Source of the DNA: Thermodesulfobacteriota bacterium
GTDB taxonomy: Bacteria > Desulfobacterota > Desulfobacteria > Desulfobacterales > C00003060
Reading direction: 5' to 3'
DNA: 64,000 nucleotides
Assembly (NCBI GenBank): GCA_034189385.1
Contig: JAXHVD010000001.1
Coordinates: 224,001-288,000 of the forward strand
Below are positions 41,099 to 51,632 of the stretch, in pieces. The notes beneath the pieces are model-generated. The model was not told where the DNA came from. It made no database searches and was given only the letters and a program-made list of their open reading frames with translations. The translations under genes were made by a program, and so were the position numbers. How positions within the stretch are numbered: position 1 is the first letter of the stretch; the number at the start of each line of letters is the position of its first letter.

Positions 41099-42277
41099 AT
41101 GAAAGTCGGTTACATCCCGGGGGCTCTTGACGAATTGAGCGGGGCCAACTTCCCCCACCTAATCCACATGCAGGAAAATCTCCGCGCTTTGCGAACTCGG
41201 CTTCCCACTGAAGTTTTGCGAGCTCAGAGGGCCAGCACTTTGTTTGTGAGCTTTCGCGGCCGCCTGGCGGGTAGATGGATGGAAAAGGCCCCGCTTTTTA
41301 TGATGCGACGTCTAGTCCACGTGGTGTTCTTCTGCCACCGATTCTTTGAGTTGAAAGCGAAATTAAGAGATGCAATGTATGATTTCTTCATCGTTAGGCA
41401 CTGCATTTCAAATTACCTCGTGGTGAGATATCTTCACCGGCAGCGTGCCAAACTTCTTCTCGAAATGCACGGCTTCAGGCATATTGAAGACCAGGAGTAC
41501 GGTCAGAGCAAGAGGTCATCACTTTATTTCGAATCCATAGCCCGGATGGAGCGAAGCGTCCTCAACTGGGCAGATGCTGTCACAGTGGTATCTGGCGGAC
41601 TCAGAGCCTTGTGCGTGCGATTGGGCGTTGATGGTCGAAAGATTCATGTCATCCACAACGGAGTCGATCCCGAAAAGTTCCGGGGACCGACGGACCCTGA
41701 GCCGGTGTTGAAGACATACGACCTCAAGAAGGCTGTCGTGGTTGGGTTTGTTGGAAGCTTTGCCCGCTACCATGGTTTAGACATTCTGATTGGCATTGCC
41801 AAGACACTTGCCAACCGCGTTCAGGGTCTAAGGTTTTTGATTGTAGGCAAAAACGTCCATGGATCGGACGACTGGAGGAATGAGGTGGCCATAGGCGGTG
41901 TCGGACAGATTTTTACTTTCACCGGAGAGGTGCCTCACCATCTCATCCCGAAATACATTTCAGCGATGGATATCGCAGTCATACCGGATTTCAACACCTA
42001 TGGTTCGCCCATGAAGCTCTTTGAGTATATGGCCATGGGGCGGGCGGTAGTGGCGCCTGATGTAGGTCCTATTCGAGAGATTGTTTCAAACGGGGAGACT
42101 GGAGTGCTCTTTAAGAAGGGCGATGTCGCGGGCGCGAGCAAGAGCGTTGAGCTACTGATAAGAAACCGGCCGCTGCGAGATGCAATCGGGCAAAGGGCAC
42201 GCCAGAAGGTGTTGAGGCAATATACCTGGGAGCGAAATGCGGCCAGGATACGGCGGATTGCCGAAGGATTGATCTGA
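41099..42277 (+). CDS. Glycosyltransferase family 4
   Basis: HNGVD, GFVGSF..HG, SPMKLFEYMAMG. Confidence 0.92.
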   Translation: MKVGYIPGALDELSGANFPHLIHMQENLRALRTRLPTEVLRAQRASTLFVSFRGRLAGRWMEKAPLFMMRRLVHVVFFCHRFFELKAKLRDAMYDFFIVRHCISNYLVVRYLHRQRAKLLLEMHGFRHIEDQEYGQSKRSSLYFESIARMERSVLNWADAVTVVSGGLRALCVRLGVDGRKIHVIHNGVDPEKFRGPTDPEPVLKTYDLKKAVVVGFVGSFARYHGLDILIGIAKTLANRVQGLRFLIVGKNVHGSDDWRNEVAIGGVGQIFTFTGEVPHHLIPKYISAMDIAVIPDFNTYGSPMKLFEYMAMGRAVVAPDVGPIREIVSNGETGVLFKKGDVAGASKSVELLIRNRPLRDAIGQRARQKVLRQYTWERNAARIRRIAEGLI

Positions 42278-42310
42278 ATGGCCATTGTCGCTTAGAAAGC
42301 TTCTGAAATA

Positions 42311-43285
42311 ATGTCCGCACAGATATCCATTTTTGTCGTTAACTACAATACCCGTGATTTGCTCAGGGGGTGTCTCCACTCTGTATTCGAAAATTGCGGG
42401 GATTCTGAGATAACGGTATTTGTGGCTGATAACAACTCTGACGATGGCAGTGCTGAGATGATGGGCGAGGTTTTTCCTGAGGTATACGTTGTCCGTCATC
42501 GGAACAACCTGGGGTTTACTAGAGCGATTAACAGACTCCTGCCCATGGGTCAAGGGGAATACTTCCTCATCCTCCACCCAGACATGGAGCTTACGGCGGG
42601 GACACTGAGGAGTCTTGTTGCCTTTTTGGAGGCCCATCCTAAAGCGGGTATCGTGGGGGGGAACTTGTACTATCCAGATGGCAGCCCAAACCCTTGCGAA
42701 ATACTCCTGCCCGGTTTCAGTAGTGATCTGCTGTGCTTTGCCTTTCGACTGTTCAGAAAGCTTCGTGAAGGCGTGGATCTGCCGCCAGTCCATAATCCCC
42801 TCGAATGGGACCATAAATCTGCAGTTCGGGTTAACTGGGTTTGGAATGCCTGCATGATGGTTCGTCGGCAGGTTTTTGAAAAGATAGGATTTTTTGATGA
42901 GCGCTTCTTCGTTTGGTATGCTGATTGGGATCTTTGCAGGAGAGCTTTTGAGGCTGGTTGGTCCACCCATTACGTGCCATCTGCAACGGCCATTCATCGC
43001 GAACGACAGAGTTTCAGTAATGCGTACATGACGAGGAAGGAAGTTCGATACAAGCTCGACGGCTGGTTCAGTGCACCGAGGCAGATAGAAGATCGGCATG
43101 TGTTTCTGAGAAAACATGTCAGCTGGGGATCCGTACTCGGTGCCAAGATCATATATGTGTTGGAGAACAGCTTGCGACTGCTTCATGTTCTGGGAAAAGT
43201 GGCCTTGGGGAAAAGTAGGCCCCATGAGACTTCGTATCAACTCAAGGCATGTCTCGAGACCATCCAGTCCATTATTAAGGCGTAG
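42311..43285 (+). CDS. Glycosyltransferase family 2
   Basis: VVNYNT, DNNSDDGS, NLGF, GFFDERFF. Confidence 0.92.
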   Translation: MSAQISIFVVNYNTRDLLRGCLHSVFENCGDSEITVFVADNNSDDGSAEMMGEVFPEVYVVRHRNNLGFTRAINRLLPMGQGEYFLILHPDMELTAGTLRSLVAFLEAHPKAGIVGGNLYYPDGSPNPCEILLPGFSSDLLCFAFRLFRKLREGVDLPPVHNPLEWDHKSAVRVNWVWNACMMVRRQVFEKIGFFDERFFVWYADWDLCRRAFEAGWSTHYVPSATAIHRERQSFSNAYMTRKEVRYKLDGWFSAPRQIEDRHVFLRKHVSWGSVLGAKIIYVLENSLRLLHVLGKVALGKSRPHETSYQLKACLETIQSIIKA

Positions 43286-43291
43286 TCTCAG

Positions 43292-44269
43292 ATGGAACCT
43301 ATCGTTAGCGTGATCATTCCCACGTACAATCGCTCGCGCTTCTTGGGCGAGGCTTTGGACAGTGCTTTGAATCAAACGTACAAAGAGATGGAAATCATCG
43401 TGGTTGACGATGGTTCCACGGATGACACTGCACAACTTGTGCAGAGGTATAAAGGGCGGATACAGTATATTTACCAGAAGCGGTCTGAACGATCCAACGC
43501 GAGGAATCGGGGGGTTCGGGAGTCCTGCGGAGAGTATATTGCCTTTCTGGATTCTGACGACCTTTGGCTGCCGGAGAAGATAGAACGTCAAGTGAAGATT
43601 TTGAATGAGAACGAGCAAATAGGCGTTGTTTACGCTGGGGTCCAGTTCATCGACGAGAATGGAAGAGCGTATGAAGGAAAGATTTGTTGGGAGGCGCTGC
43701 AACGAAAGCGCCAGAGCTTGTATGAAGATCTCATGACTTGCAACGTCATTAGCGGATCGGCGTCCTCAGTCCTATTACGTCGTGAATGCATAGACAGGGT
43801 AGGACCCTTCGACGAAGCCATGAATACCTGTGAGGATTTGGACCTCTGGCGAAGGTTAGCTGGACTTTATCGTTTTCAGAAGATAGATCTGCCCCTCGTG
43901 AAGTTGCGGGTGCATATCGAGAATACTCAGGACAGGTTGAGCGCAATGGCGAAGGGATACGAGACTATACTGTGGAAGATATGGAGGCAGGGAACACCTC
44001 CCGAATCGGCAAGCTATAAGAATGAAGCGATCATCAAACTCCTAGCTCAAATCGCCTCTCTTTACAAACAAGATCACAACTTGTGGCGATTTTTTTGGTT
44101 CTGTGGCAGGTCCGCATTGGAGAGATCGAACTGGTTCCTTACTTGGACCTTTTGGCAGGCTTTTATGCGTTTGTATCGCGAGCACCGTGACCGTTTCAGG
44201 CGTTGTGGTCGCACTGGACGTGCTGTTCAATGGCATGGACCGGAGGGAGAAGGCAATACCACTAGATGA
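43292..44269 (+). CDS. Glycosyltransferase family 2
   Basis: VIIPTYNR, VDDGSTD, FLDSDD, EDLDLW. Confidence 0.93.
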   Translation: MEPIVSVIIPTYNRSRFLGEALDSALNQTYKEMEIIVVDDGSTDDTAQLVQRYKGRIQYIYQKRSERSNARNRGVRESCGEYIAFLDSDDLWLPEKIERQVKILNENEQIGVVYAGVQFIDENGRAYEGKICWEALQRKRQSLYEDLMTCNVISGSASSVLLRRECIDRVGPFDEAMNTCEDLDLWRRLAGLYRFQKIDLPLVKLRVHIENTQDRLSAMAKGYETILWKIWRQGTPPESASYKNEAIIKLLAQIASLYKQDHNLWRFFWFCGRSALERSNWFLTWTFWQAFMRLYREHRDRFRRCGRTGRAVQWHGPEGEGNTTR

Positions 44270-44988
44270 AACGCTTGAAGGATTTGCTGGGGCGAGAAAG
44301 CCGAAAGCGTATCTCAGAGGCTTTGTTTAGAAGGAAATCCTATTACTTGGCAAAATATGGGAGGCGGCGGCGTGATCGAGTCAAAATAGACGCCTATATG
44401 GAGTCCACTTCTTGCAGGAAACTGAATCTTGGCTGTGGAGACAACCTTTTGGAGGGATGGCTGAATTCGGACATTCTGGATACGGGGAACGATAAAATTT
44501 TCGTAGATGCACGAGAGGCCTTCCCTTTCGGAAACGAGACTTTTCGCTTCATCTATTCCGAACACCTCCTCGAACACCTCGATTATGCCGACGGTTTGAA
44601 TTTTCTGAAGGAATCTCACAGAGTGCTTCAATGGGACGGGGTGTTGAGAATTTCAACGCCTGACCTCGGTTTTCTCGCTGATTTTTACGTAAACGATACA
44701 CCAGAAAACCAAACCTACCTCAAATGGGCTTCTCAATTTTACTGGCAATCCTTGGATGTTTTCAAAGCGCTCGTAGTGGATCGGTATTTCAGAAGTTGGG
44801 GCCATAGGTGCATATACGACTTCGACTTAATCAGGGATTCCTGTAAAGCGGTAGGGTTTACACACGTGAAGGCCGTGGAGGTAGGCGAGAGCGATTTCTC
44901 CGAGCTAAAAGGCATAGAACGTCACGGTGAGGTCATCTCCGAGCGATGGAACATTAAGGAATCTTTGGTAATTGAGGCGGTGAAGTAA
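44266..44988 (+). CDS. Class I SAM methyltransferase
   Basis: LNLGCG, WLNSD, EHLLEH, RISTPD. Confidence 0.88.
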   Translation: MKRLKDLLGRESRKRISEALFRRKSYYLAKYGRRRRDRVKIDAYMESTSCRKLNLGCGDNLLEGWLNSDILDTGNDKIFVDAREAFPFGNETFRFIYSEHLLEHLDYADGLNFLKESHRVLQWDGVLRISTPDLGFLADFYVNDTPENQTYLKWASQFYWQSLDVFKALVVDRYFRSWGHRCIYDFDLIRDSCKAVGFTHVKAVEVGESDFSELKGIERHGEVISERWNIKESLVIEAVK

Positions 44989-45010
44989 AGGTGTAGTGCG
45001 GAGAGGTTAG

Positions 45011-45979
45011 ATGCTCCCAGTATCTATCATAGTCCCAGCCTGGAATGAGGAAAAGGTTCTCTCGAAAACATTTCAGGCTTTGGGGGGTGTTGATTACGAG
45101 AGGGAAAAAAGCGAACTCATCGTGGTAGCTGGTGGCGAAGACAAGACTTATGAGGTTGCAAAAGACCTTGCTGGATTGAAGCACCCATTCTCTCGGAATA
45201 TTGTGATTCCTCAGGAAGGGCGGGGAACCAAGAATGCTGCCATTCAGCAAGGTATCAGAGAAGCAAAGAACCCAGTGATCGTTTTACTCGATGCTGACAC
45301 TATCGTGAGCCCTCGCTGGCTTACACAACTGGTTGAGCCCATTGAAAGGGGAGAGTGCGATCTTGCCATTGCCAACTCTGAGCCGATCAGAAGAAACTGG
45401 GTGTCTGATTACTTCATGATCATTAAGACTTCTTCTGCTGAAGAGATCACGACCTATCCTGGTCATTCACTAGCCTTGAGGGCTGACATTGTTTTGCGGG
45501 ATGTCGATCATTTTTTCGACGAAAGTATATGGATGGGCGACGATTATATGTTGGTAACACGAGTAAAGGAAGCGGGAGGAAACACCATGTTCGTGAGGAG
45601 CGCCTTGGTGAAGACCCATTTTCCTTGTTCTCTCAGATATTTCATCAAGATAGAGACCAAGTGGTTAACCGCTTTTATCAATTTCAACGGCGTAAATCCA
45701 AGGACATTGCTGAAGAGTACCGTGATTATGGCGTCGTTGCTGACGCTCATGCCCTTTTCTTGGATCCTGTTTACCGGTTCATTGGTATTCCATGGGGCAT
45801 ACGTAGGTAAGAAGTTGAAAATGTTTCGCCTTGCAGCGAAACAGTACGAAACCAAGACGATTCGTCTTTTTGGCTTTATTTTCCTTTCCTACCTCTATCA
45901 TGTGCTAAACCTGGCAGCCCACATCCGTTATTTTTTGGGCATGTGGCAAGATTCTTACTACCAAGGACAGCGAGGTTGA
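45011..45979 (+). CDS. Glycosyltransferase family 2 with C-terminal TM helices
   Basis: IVPAWNEE, LDAD. Confidence 0.88.
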   Translation: MLPVSIIVPAWNEEKVLSKTFQALGGVDYEREKSELIVVAGGEDKTYEVAKDLAGLKHPFSRNIVIPQEGRGTKNAAIQQGIREAKNPVIVLLDADTIVSPRWLTQLVEPIERGECDLAIANSEPIRRNWVSDYFMIIKTSSAEEITTYPGHSLALRADIVLRDVDHFFDESIWMGDDYMLVTRVKEAGGNTMFVRSALVKTHFPCSLRYFIKIETKWLTAFINFNGVNPRTLLKSTVIMASLLTLMPFSWILFTGSLVFHGAYVGKKLKMFRLAAKQYETKTIRLFGFIFLSYLYHVLNLAAHIRYFLGMWQDSYYQGQRG

Positions 45980-45989
45980 CGGAATAGAT

Positions 45990-46853
45990 ATGGCATCTAC
46001 GGCGTTCAGGGAGTTTTTTCGCCTTTGTTATAACGGCGCATGGAGCATGCCGGGTCTGCGCCGTTTTCTTCAAGCAGTCTTGCACGGATCAAGGCCTCTT
46101 GGGTCCTTATATAGCAAGTTTTTGTTGCAGCCAAGCTTGCCAAATGAGGATGTCGTCCTTGGCTTTGATGACCAACTCATCATTGTGCACAACCCCCGAA
46201 GGAATGTGATTGGACAAGAGATCTTCTTAAAGGGTGTATGGGAACCGGAGGTGACGCGATACATCGCCTCGAGAATCAGGCCGGGGATGACGATTCTGGA
46301 CGTCGGCGCGGATATCGGATACTACACGCTCCTATTTGCAAAAAGAGTAGGACCACAGGGAATGGTCTTCGCCTTTGAGCCGATTCCCGAAGCCTGTGTA
46401 ACCCTTGAGAAGAACATCCGGCTGAACGGGTACCAGAACGTGAGGGTTCTGGACTACGCCTTGTACGATAGTAATGGGTTCTTCGTTCTGGAGGGCCCAC
46501 TTGATATCTCGAGAATCAATCCGCTAAAGGCAGGAGAAGGAGAGAATGATCTGAGAGTCGAAACGAGGGTTTTCGATGATTGCTTGGAGGAACTGGATGT
46601 TGACTGCATCGACCTTGTTAAGATTGATGTGGAGGGGGCGGAGATGAACGTATTGGAAGGCATGAAGAAGTCACTCCAGAAATTCCATCCCGCCCTGTTG
46701 GTGGAGGTCCATCCAAATTATCTTGGAAGCTTCAATCGTGCGAGTGAGGATCTGATGGAGTTTCTTGATGACATGGGGTACAGGATCACTCCAGTGGATA
46801 GGCCTGCTCTGAACTTCCAAAAAGGCAATATAACAATCCACTGTAGGTATTGA
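45990..46853 (+). CDS. FkbM family methyltransferase
   Basis: DVGADIGYY, AFEP, KIDVEGAE. Confidence 0.92.
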   Translation: MASTAFREFFRLCYNGAWSMPGLRRFLQAVLHGSRPLGSLYSKFLLQPSLPNEDVVLGFDDQLIIVHNPRRNVIGQEIFLKGVWEPEVTRYIASRIRPGMTILDVGADIGYYTLLFAKRVGPQGMVFAFEPIPEACVTLEKNIRLNGYQNVRVLDYALYDSNGFFVLEGPLDISRINPLKAGEGENDLRVETRVFDDCLEELDVDCIDLVKIDVEGAEMNVLEGMKKSLQKFHPALLVEVHPNYLGSFNRASEDLMEFLDDMGYRITPVDRPALNFQKGNITIHCRY

Positions 46854-47035
46854 TTCTAATGAAATGCAGGAATAAAAGAGCATTAGCATAGGTGTTGATT
46901 TCCGGAGCCGCTTTAGCCCTTTACTTCCCATGCCAGAGGAGACCAGCAGAGGAAGTTGAGCTGGATATACCCATGCTGGAACGAAAGATCAGAGCTAAGT
47001 TTGAAGGTGCCCCATAGGTTCGTGGATCTGAAATA

Positions 47036-47920
47036 ATGGACGTTTCTGTTGTCATTCGTGCCAAGAACGAAGCCGAGTTTATCGGAGATACGTTGAGGAG
47101 GGTTGCAGAACAGAGGTTCGACGGCACGCACGAGGTAATTGTCGTCGACTCTGAGTCCAGCGATGAGACCCCGAGCATAGCGGAAAGGCATAAGGCAAAG
47201 GTAATTCGAATCGGTGCCCAGGACTTCACCTATGGCAAGGCGCTAAATTTGGGGGCTGATGCGGCTGAAGGGCGATTCATTGTAAACCTGTCTGCTCATG
47301 CCCTGCCGGCAGATGAAGCTTGGCTAGGAAACCTTCTTTGCGAATTTGAAATGCCTGAAGTCGCCGGCGTTTATGGGAGACAGTTGTCACACGGTCATGA
47401 AAACCCATTTGATGCCTGTAGAAACGAAAGTTTTTTCGGCAATACCAAGAAATGCTTCAACAGAGAGAATCGAAAAGCCTTGAGACATGTTCATTTCTCA
47501 AACAGCAACTCCGCCGTTAGAAGGGAGATATGGAAACAGTGCAAGTTTGATGAGGATGTCGGCTATGCTGAAGATGTCCTGTGGCAAAGAGCTGTCATTT
47601 CTGCTGGGTATACCATCGTATACGCTCCGTCGGCAGCGGTGTATCACACCCACCCGCTGCGCCTCCAAAGTGCTTTCAGAAACTCGAGAAACTGTGCACG
47701 AGCATTGGCATCGCTGGCTGGAAAACAACGTTCAACGCTATTGATTCTTTATGATTTGGCGGTGTTTTTGACACTCATGGCGAGTGGATTACACTCTAAT
47801 CTCTCATACATTGTGAAGAACAAACATTTCCATTTCTTAAAGACTACTCCGACGTACGTTTTGGCGGAAGGCTTGGGATGGCTCGTTGGGAGAATGGGCT
47901 ACAGGATAGCAAAATCCTGA
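47036..47920 (+). CDS. Glycosyltransferase family 2 (rhamnosyltransferase-like)
   Basis: VVIRAKNE, VDSESSD, YGRQ, FSNSNS, AED, YHTH. Confidence 0.9.
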   Translation: MDVSVVIRAKNEAEFIGDTLRRVAEQRFDGTHEVIVVDSESSDETPSIAERHKAKVIRIGAQDFTYGKALNLGADAAEGRFIVNLSAHALPADEAWLGNLLCEFEMPEVAGVYGRQLSHGHENPFDACRNESFFGNTKKCFNRENRKALRHVHFSNSNSAVRREIWKQCKFDEDVGYAEDVLWQRAVISAGYTIVYAPSAAVYHTHPLRLQSAFRNSRNCARALASLAGKQRSTLLILYDLAVFLTLMASGLHSNLSYIVKNKHFHFLKTTPTYVLAEGLGWLVGRMGYRIAKS

Positions 47921-47946
47921 CCTTACACAACTCTGATGGCCAAGAG

Positions 47947-48963
47947 ATGGAAGGTGACAAACTGCCCAGAGTTTCCATCATCATCCCCATGAGAAATGAA
48001 GAGGCTTACATCGGCACCTGTTTGCAGTCTGTCGTAGAACAGGATTATCCTGTGACGCTCTTGGAAGTCCTGATCGTGGATGGCATGTCAGAAGATTCGT
48101 CAAGAAATATCGTCCAAAGCTTTTCCAATAACTGCCCTTATATCCGGCTGCTGGAAAACGCGGAAAAGGCAACGACGTGTGCTTTAAACATAGGGATCAG
48201 GGAGGCGACTGGAGATATCATCATTCGGGTGGATGCCCACTGCTTGATCGAGCCGGACTACGTCCGTTCCTGTGTGAGAGAATTAGGAAATACGGACGCT
48301 GACAATGTCGGTGGCCCTATGCGCCCTATCGGAAAGAGCTTTGTCCAAAAGGCTATCGCTCTAGCAATGAGTCATCCCTTCGGAGTCGGTGGCGGTAGAT
48401 TCCATTATAGTGAGAAGGAAATGTTCGTAGACACAGTATATTTGGGGGCATACCGTCGAGAGGTGTTTGAAAGAATCGGACTATATGACGAAGAAGCCCA
48501 TTACAGTGAGGATGATGAACTGAATTATCGTATAACGAGAAGCGGCGGTAGGATTTTGCTCAGCCCCCGGATTCGTTCGCATTACTACCCACGGACATCC
48601 CTTGCGGGTTTGTGGCGCCAGTTCTTCAGCTATGGCATGGGAAAGACACGAACGATGAGGAAGCACGGCAGGCCGATTACTTGGAGACAGTTAATTCCGC
48701 CTTTTTTTGTTTTGTCACTGATAGCTGGTTTCGTAGGATTTCTGGCTGACACAAGATTCGCGTTGCTTCTATTCGGCGTTTTGGGAAGTTATTTCATGTT
48801 GGCAGTCATTGCAGCCGCAAAGATAGGCATGAGAGAGGGTCGGAGGTTTTTTTTGATCATGCCGGTCGTTTTTGCCGTGATTCACGCCAGCTACGGCATG
48901 GGCTTTCTAACGGGAATTGCCATCTCATATTGGGCCGACCCGATTCTAAAGGGAAAAGCCTGA
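47947..48963 (+). CDS. Glycosyltransferase family 2 (ExoA-like)
   Basis: IIPMRNEE, DGMSED, RVDAH, EDDELNYRI. Confidence 0.9.
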   Translation: MEGDKLPRVSIIIPMRNEEAYIGTCLQSVVEQDYPVTLLEVLIVDGMSEDSSRNIVQSFSNNCPYIRLLENAEKATTCALNIGIREATGDIIIRVDAHCLIEPDYVRSCVRELGNTDADNVGGPMRPIGKSFVQKAIALAMSHPFGVGGGRFHYSEKEMFVDTVYLGAYRREVFERIGLYDEEAHYSEDDELNYRITRSGGRILLSPRIRSHYYPRTSLAGLWRQFFSYGMGKTRTMRKHGRPITWRQLIPPFFVLSLIAGFVGFLADTRFALLLFGVLGSYFMLAVIAAAKIGMREGRRFFLIMPVVFAVIHASYGMGFLTGIAISYWADPILKGKA

Positions 48964-49023
48964 ATGTGATGAAGGCGTGATCGGTCGCGCTGACTTCATC
49001 CAGCCGGAGGACGAAAAGGCGGC

Positions 49024-50364
49024 ATGTTAAAGAGAAGTTTTGACATAACTCTATCTCTTATTGGCTTGATTCTTCTTACCCCCTTTTTTTTGGCTATTGC
49101 TATCTTCATCAAGCTCGATTCGAAGGGGCCTGTCTTTTTTCGGCAGACGAGGATCGGAAAAGGCGGGAAACCATTTCGTATGTTCAAATTCAGGACAATG
49201 GTCGACGCAGGACATTGGGTGGGCCCCCTACTTTCTCGCCAAAGTGATCCTAGAGTGACCACCATAGGTGCGATCTTAAGGAGACTGAAATTAAATGAGT
49301 TCCCCCAGCTGATCAATGTCCTTCGGGGTGAGATGAGCTTTGTAGGCCCAAGACCGGAAGTGCCTGAGTTTGTGAAGCTATACACCAAAGAACAGCAGAG
49401 AATACTGTGCGTCAGACCCGGTATTGTCGGGCCGAGTCAGATTCGTATGCGCAACGAGGAAGAGCTTTACCCTGAAGGTGTTGATCCACAGGTGTATTAC
49501 AGTCGCCATATACTGCCGATGAAATTGGGTGTGGACTTAAGTTATGTCGATAATCGGTCATTCGTGAAAGACGTGGGATACCTTTTTCAGGGAATATGGA
49601 CTACCATAACTGGAGCCATAACAGGTCGACATCTCTTTTCAAATTCGGAACAGATTGCCTTGTTTTTTTGTGATATATTCATCTGTGGCCTCTCCTACAG
49701 TCTGGCTTACTTCTTGCGGTTTGACGACGAGTTTAGTCGACTGCACAAGACCGTAGTGGCGCATACGCTCCCCTATGTGGTTGTTACGCGAATGGGGGCT
49801 CTCGCGTACTTCGGCCTCTATAGTTCCATAGTCCAATACTTCTCATTTAATGATGTGATCAAAGTAATTAAGGGAGTGTGCTTTAGCTCAGCATTGGTAA
49901 TACTTTTGGCTTTTCTGGTAGGTGAGCGATCCCATCCACGCTCCGTGTTCGCAATTGACTGGTTCATTGTCATGTTTCTTTTAGTTGGATACAGGGTGTC
50001 CTTAAGAACTCTTAGAGAGCGCTTGAATCAGAGGGAGCGTGAGGTTGAAGAAAAGGTGCTAATTTATGGAGCTGGGGACACGGGAGATCTTGCATTACGG
50101 TATTTGAGAATGCAGGGTATGCTTGATGTGGTGGCATTTGTAGATGATGACCCCAAAAAGCTCAGAAAGACCTTTAAGGGTATCAAGGTCTTAGGAAATC
50201 GAAACGATATCGAGGCATTGGTAAGGCTTCACCATGTCGATCATGTTCTTATTGCCATGGATGATCTAAATCATGAGAGTCTTGAGCAGGCGAAGATTCT
50301 TTGCAAAAAGGCCGGTGTCAGTTATGAAGTCTTTGCCCTGACCAACGGGGGGACTCGAGGTTGA
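49024..50364 (+). CDS. Priming sugar (phosphoglycosyl) transferase fused to a CapD-like TM/Rossmann region
   Basis: KRSFD, FKFRTM, DPRVT, EFPQLINVLRGEMSFVGPRP; C-terminal IYGAG, FVDDD. Confidence 0.9.
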   Translation: MLKRSFDITLSLIGLILLTPFFLAIAIFIKLDSKGPVFFRQTRIGKGGKPFRMFKFRTMVDAGHWVGPLLSRQSDPRVTTIGAILRRLKLNEFPQLINVLRGEMSFVGPRPEVPEFVKLYTKEQQRILCVRPGIVGPSQIRMRNEEELYPEGVDPQVYYSRHILPMKLGVDLSYVDNRSFVKDVGYLFQGIWTTITGAITGRHLFSNSEQIALFFCDIFICGLSYSLAYFLRFDDEFSRLHKTVVAHTLPYVVVTRMGALAYFGLYSSIVQYFSFNDVIKVIKGVCFSSALVILLAFLVGERSHPRSVFAIDWFIVMFLLVGYRVSLRTLRERLNQREREVEEKVLIYGAGDTGDLALRYLRMQGMLDVVAFVDDDPKKLRKTFKGIKVLGNRNDIEALVRLHHVDHVLIAMDDLNHESLEQAKILCKKAGVSYEVFALTNGGTRG

Positions 50365-50591
50365 CGGAGTAATGGAGTGTCAGAGTATTGGAGTAGTGGT
50401 CAGTGCGAAAGGATAAGAACCGCAGATATCAAAAGCTTAGAGTTTGGAATGACGCCATTGAGTATTATGCTGAGAGAGGCGAATGGACTAATCATCATAA
50501 TGGCGAAGGAAAGAAATGCGATTGATAGGAATGGTTGATGCAGTCCTCGACTACTGCGCTACTCCATCACTCCGGTCGGCAGGGAGGATCC

Positions 50592-51578
50592 ATGAAAATT
50601 GAGGGTGCCAAAACGTTAGTCACAGGAGCCGGTGGATTCATCGGAAGTCACCTGGTGGAAGCCCTTGTGTTACAAGGCGCTGACGTACGAGCCTTTGTGC
50701 GCTATAATTCTAGAGGTGACCTGGGACTCTTGGAAAGATTATCAAAAAAGATTTCGACGGAAATAGAGATACTGGTGGGCGATTTGAAGGACTCAGAAGC
50801 AGTGAGGCGGTCAGTGAAACATTGTGATATGATTTTTCATCTCGGCTCACTTATCGCCATCCCTTATTCTTATGTTAATCCAATGGATTTTGTACAAACT
50901 AATGTCGTCGGGACAGCCAATCTCCTGAATGCCTGCCTGGAATCTGGGGTGGAAAAGATAGTCCACACGTCAACCAGCGAGGTATATGGTACGGCAGTGT
51001 ATTCTCCCATCGATGAAAGGCATCCTATCCAGGCTCAGTCTCCCTATTCAGCGACCAAAATTGCCGCAGAAAAGTTGGCGGAAAGCTATCACAGGAGTTT
51101 TGGGCTCCCTGTTGCTGTTGCTCGGCCTTTTAATACATACGGCCCGCGGCAGTCTGCCAGGGCTGTCATACCGACGATTATTCTGCAGGCACTGAATGGG
51201 AACAGCATTAGACTGGGTTCGCTCCATCCTACGCGGGATTTCACCTATGTGGAAGACACAGTGCGGGGGATCGTGGATGTTGCAGAATCGTCATACTCTA
51301 CTGGCGAAGTGCTTAATATAGGCTCGGGTCATGAAATATCTATTGGCGCCCTGGCAGAACGGATTATCTCTATCATGGGAAAGAGGGTGGGAATATTTAA
51401 AGACGACCAAAGGGTTAGACCGGAAAAGAGTGAGGTGGAAAGGCTTATATGTGATGCTTCCCGGGTGAGGAAGTTCCTGGGTTGGAAACCACGAGTAAGG
51501 TTGGACGAGGGTCTTGAGAGAACAGTTGGTTGGTTCAGGTCTTTCTACCAGAGTTCTGGACGAACCTATTTCTTATAA
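50592..51578 (+). CDS. NAD-dependent sugar epimerase/dehydratase (LegB-like)
   Basis: GAGGFIGS, IAIPYSY, STSEVYG, YSATK, PFNTYGPRQS. Confidence 0.92.
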   Translation: MKIEGAKTLVTGAGGFIGSHLVEALVLQGADVRAFVRYNSRGDLGLLERLSKKISTEIEILVGDLKDSEAVRRSVKHCDMIFHLGSLIAIPYSYVNPMDFVQTNVVGTANLLNACLESGVEKIVHTSTSEVYGTAVYSPIDERHPIQAQSPYSATKIAAEKLAESYHRSFGLPVAVARPFNTYGPRQSARAVIPTIILQALNGNSIRLGSLHPTRDFTYVEDTVRGIVDVAESSYSTGEVLNIGSGHEISIGALAERIISIMGKRVGIFKDDQRVRPEKSEVERLICDASRVRKFLGWKPRVRLDEGLERTVGWFRSFYQSSGRTYFL

Positions 51579-51632
51579 TCCCGTTCTGAACGTTAAGAGA
51601 AGCGAAGAGAGAGGCCATGTATAATCGACATA

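Noticed and set aside
42152..43702. 516-aa minus-strand ORF
   Set aside because: Antisense shadow of two clear GT2 genes; no motifs of its own
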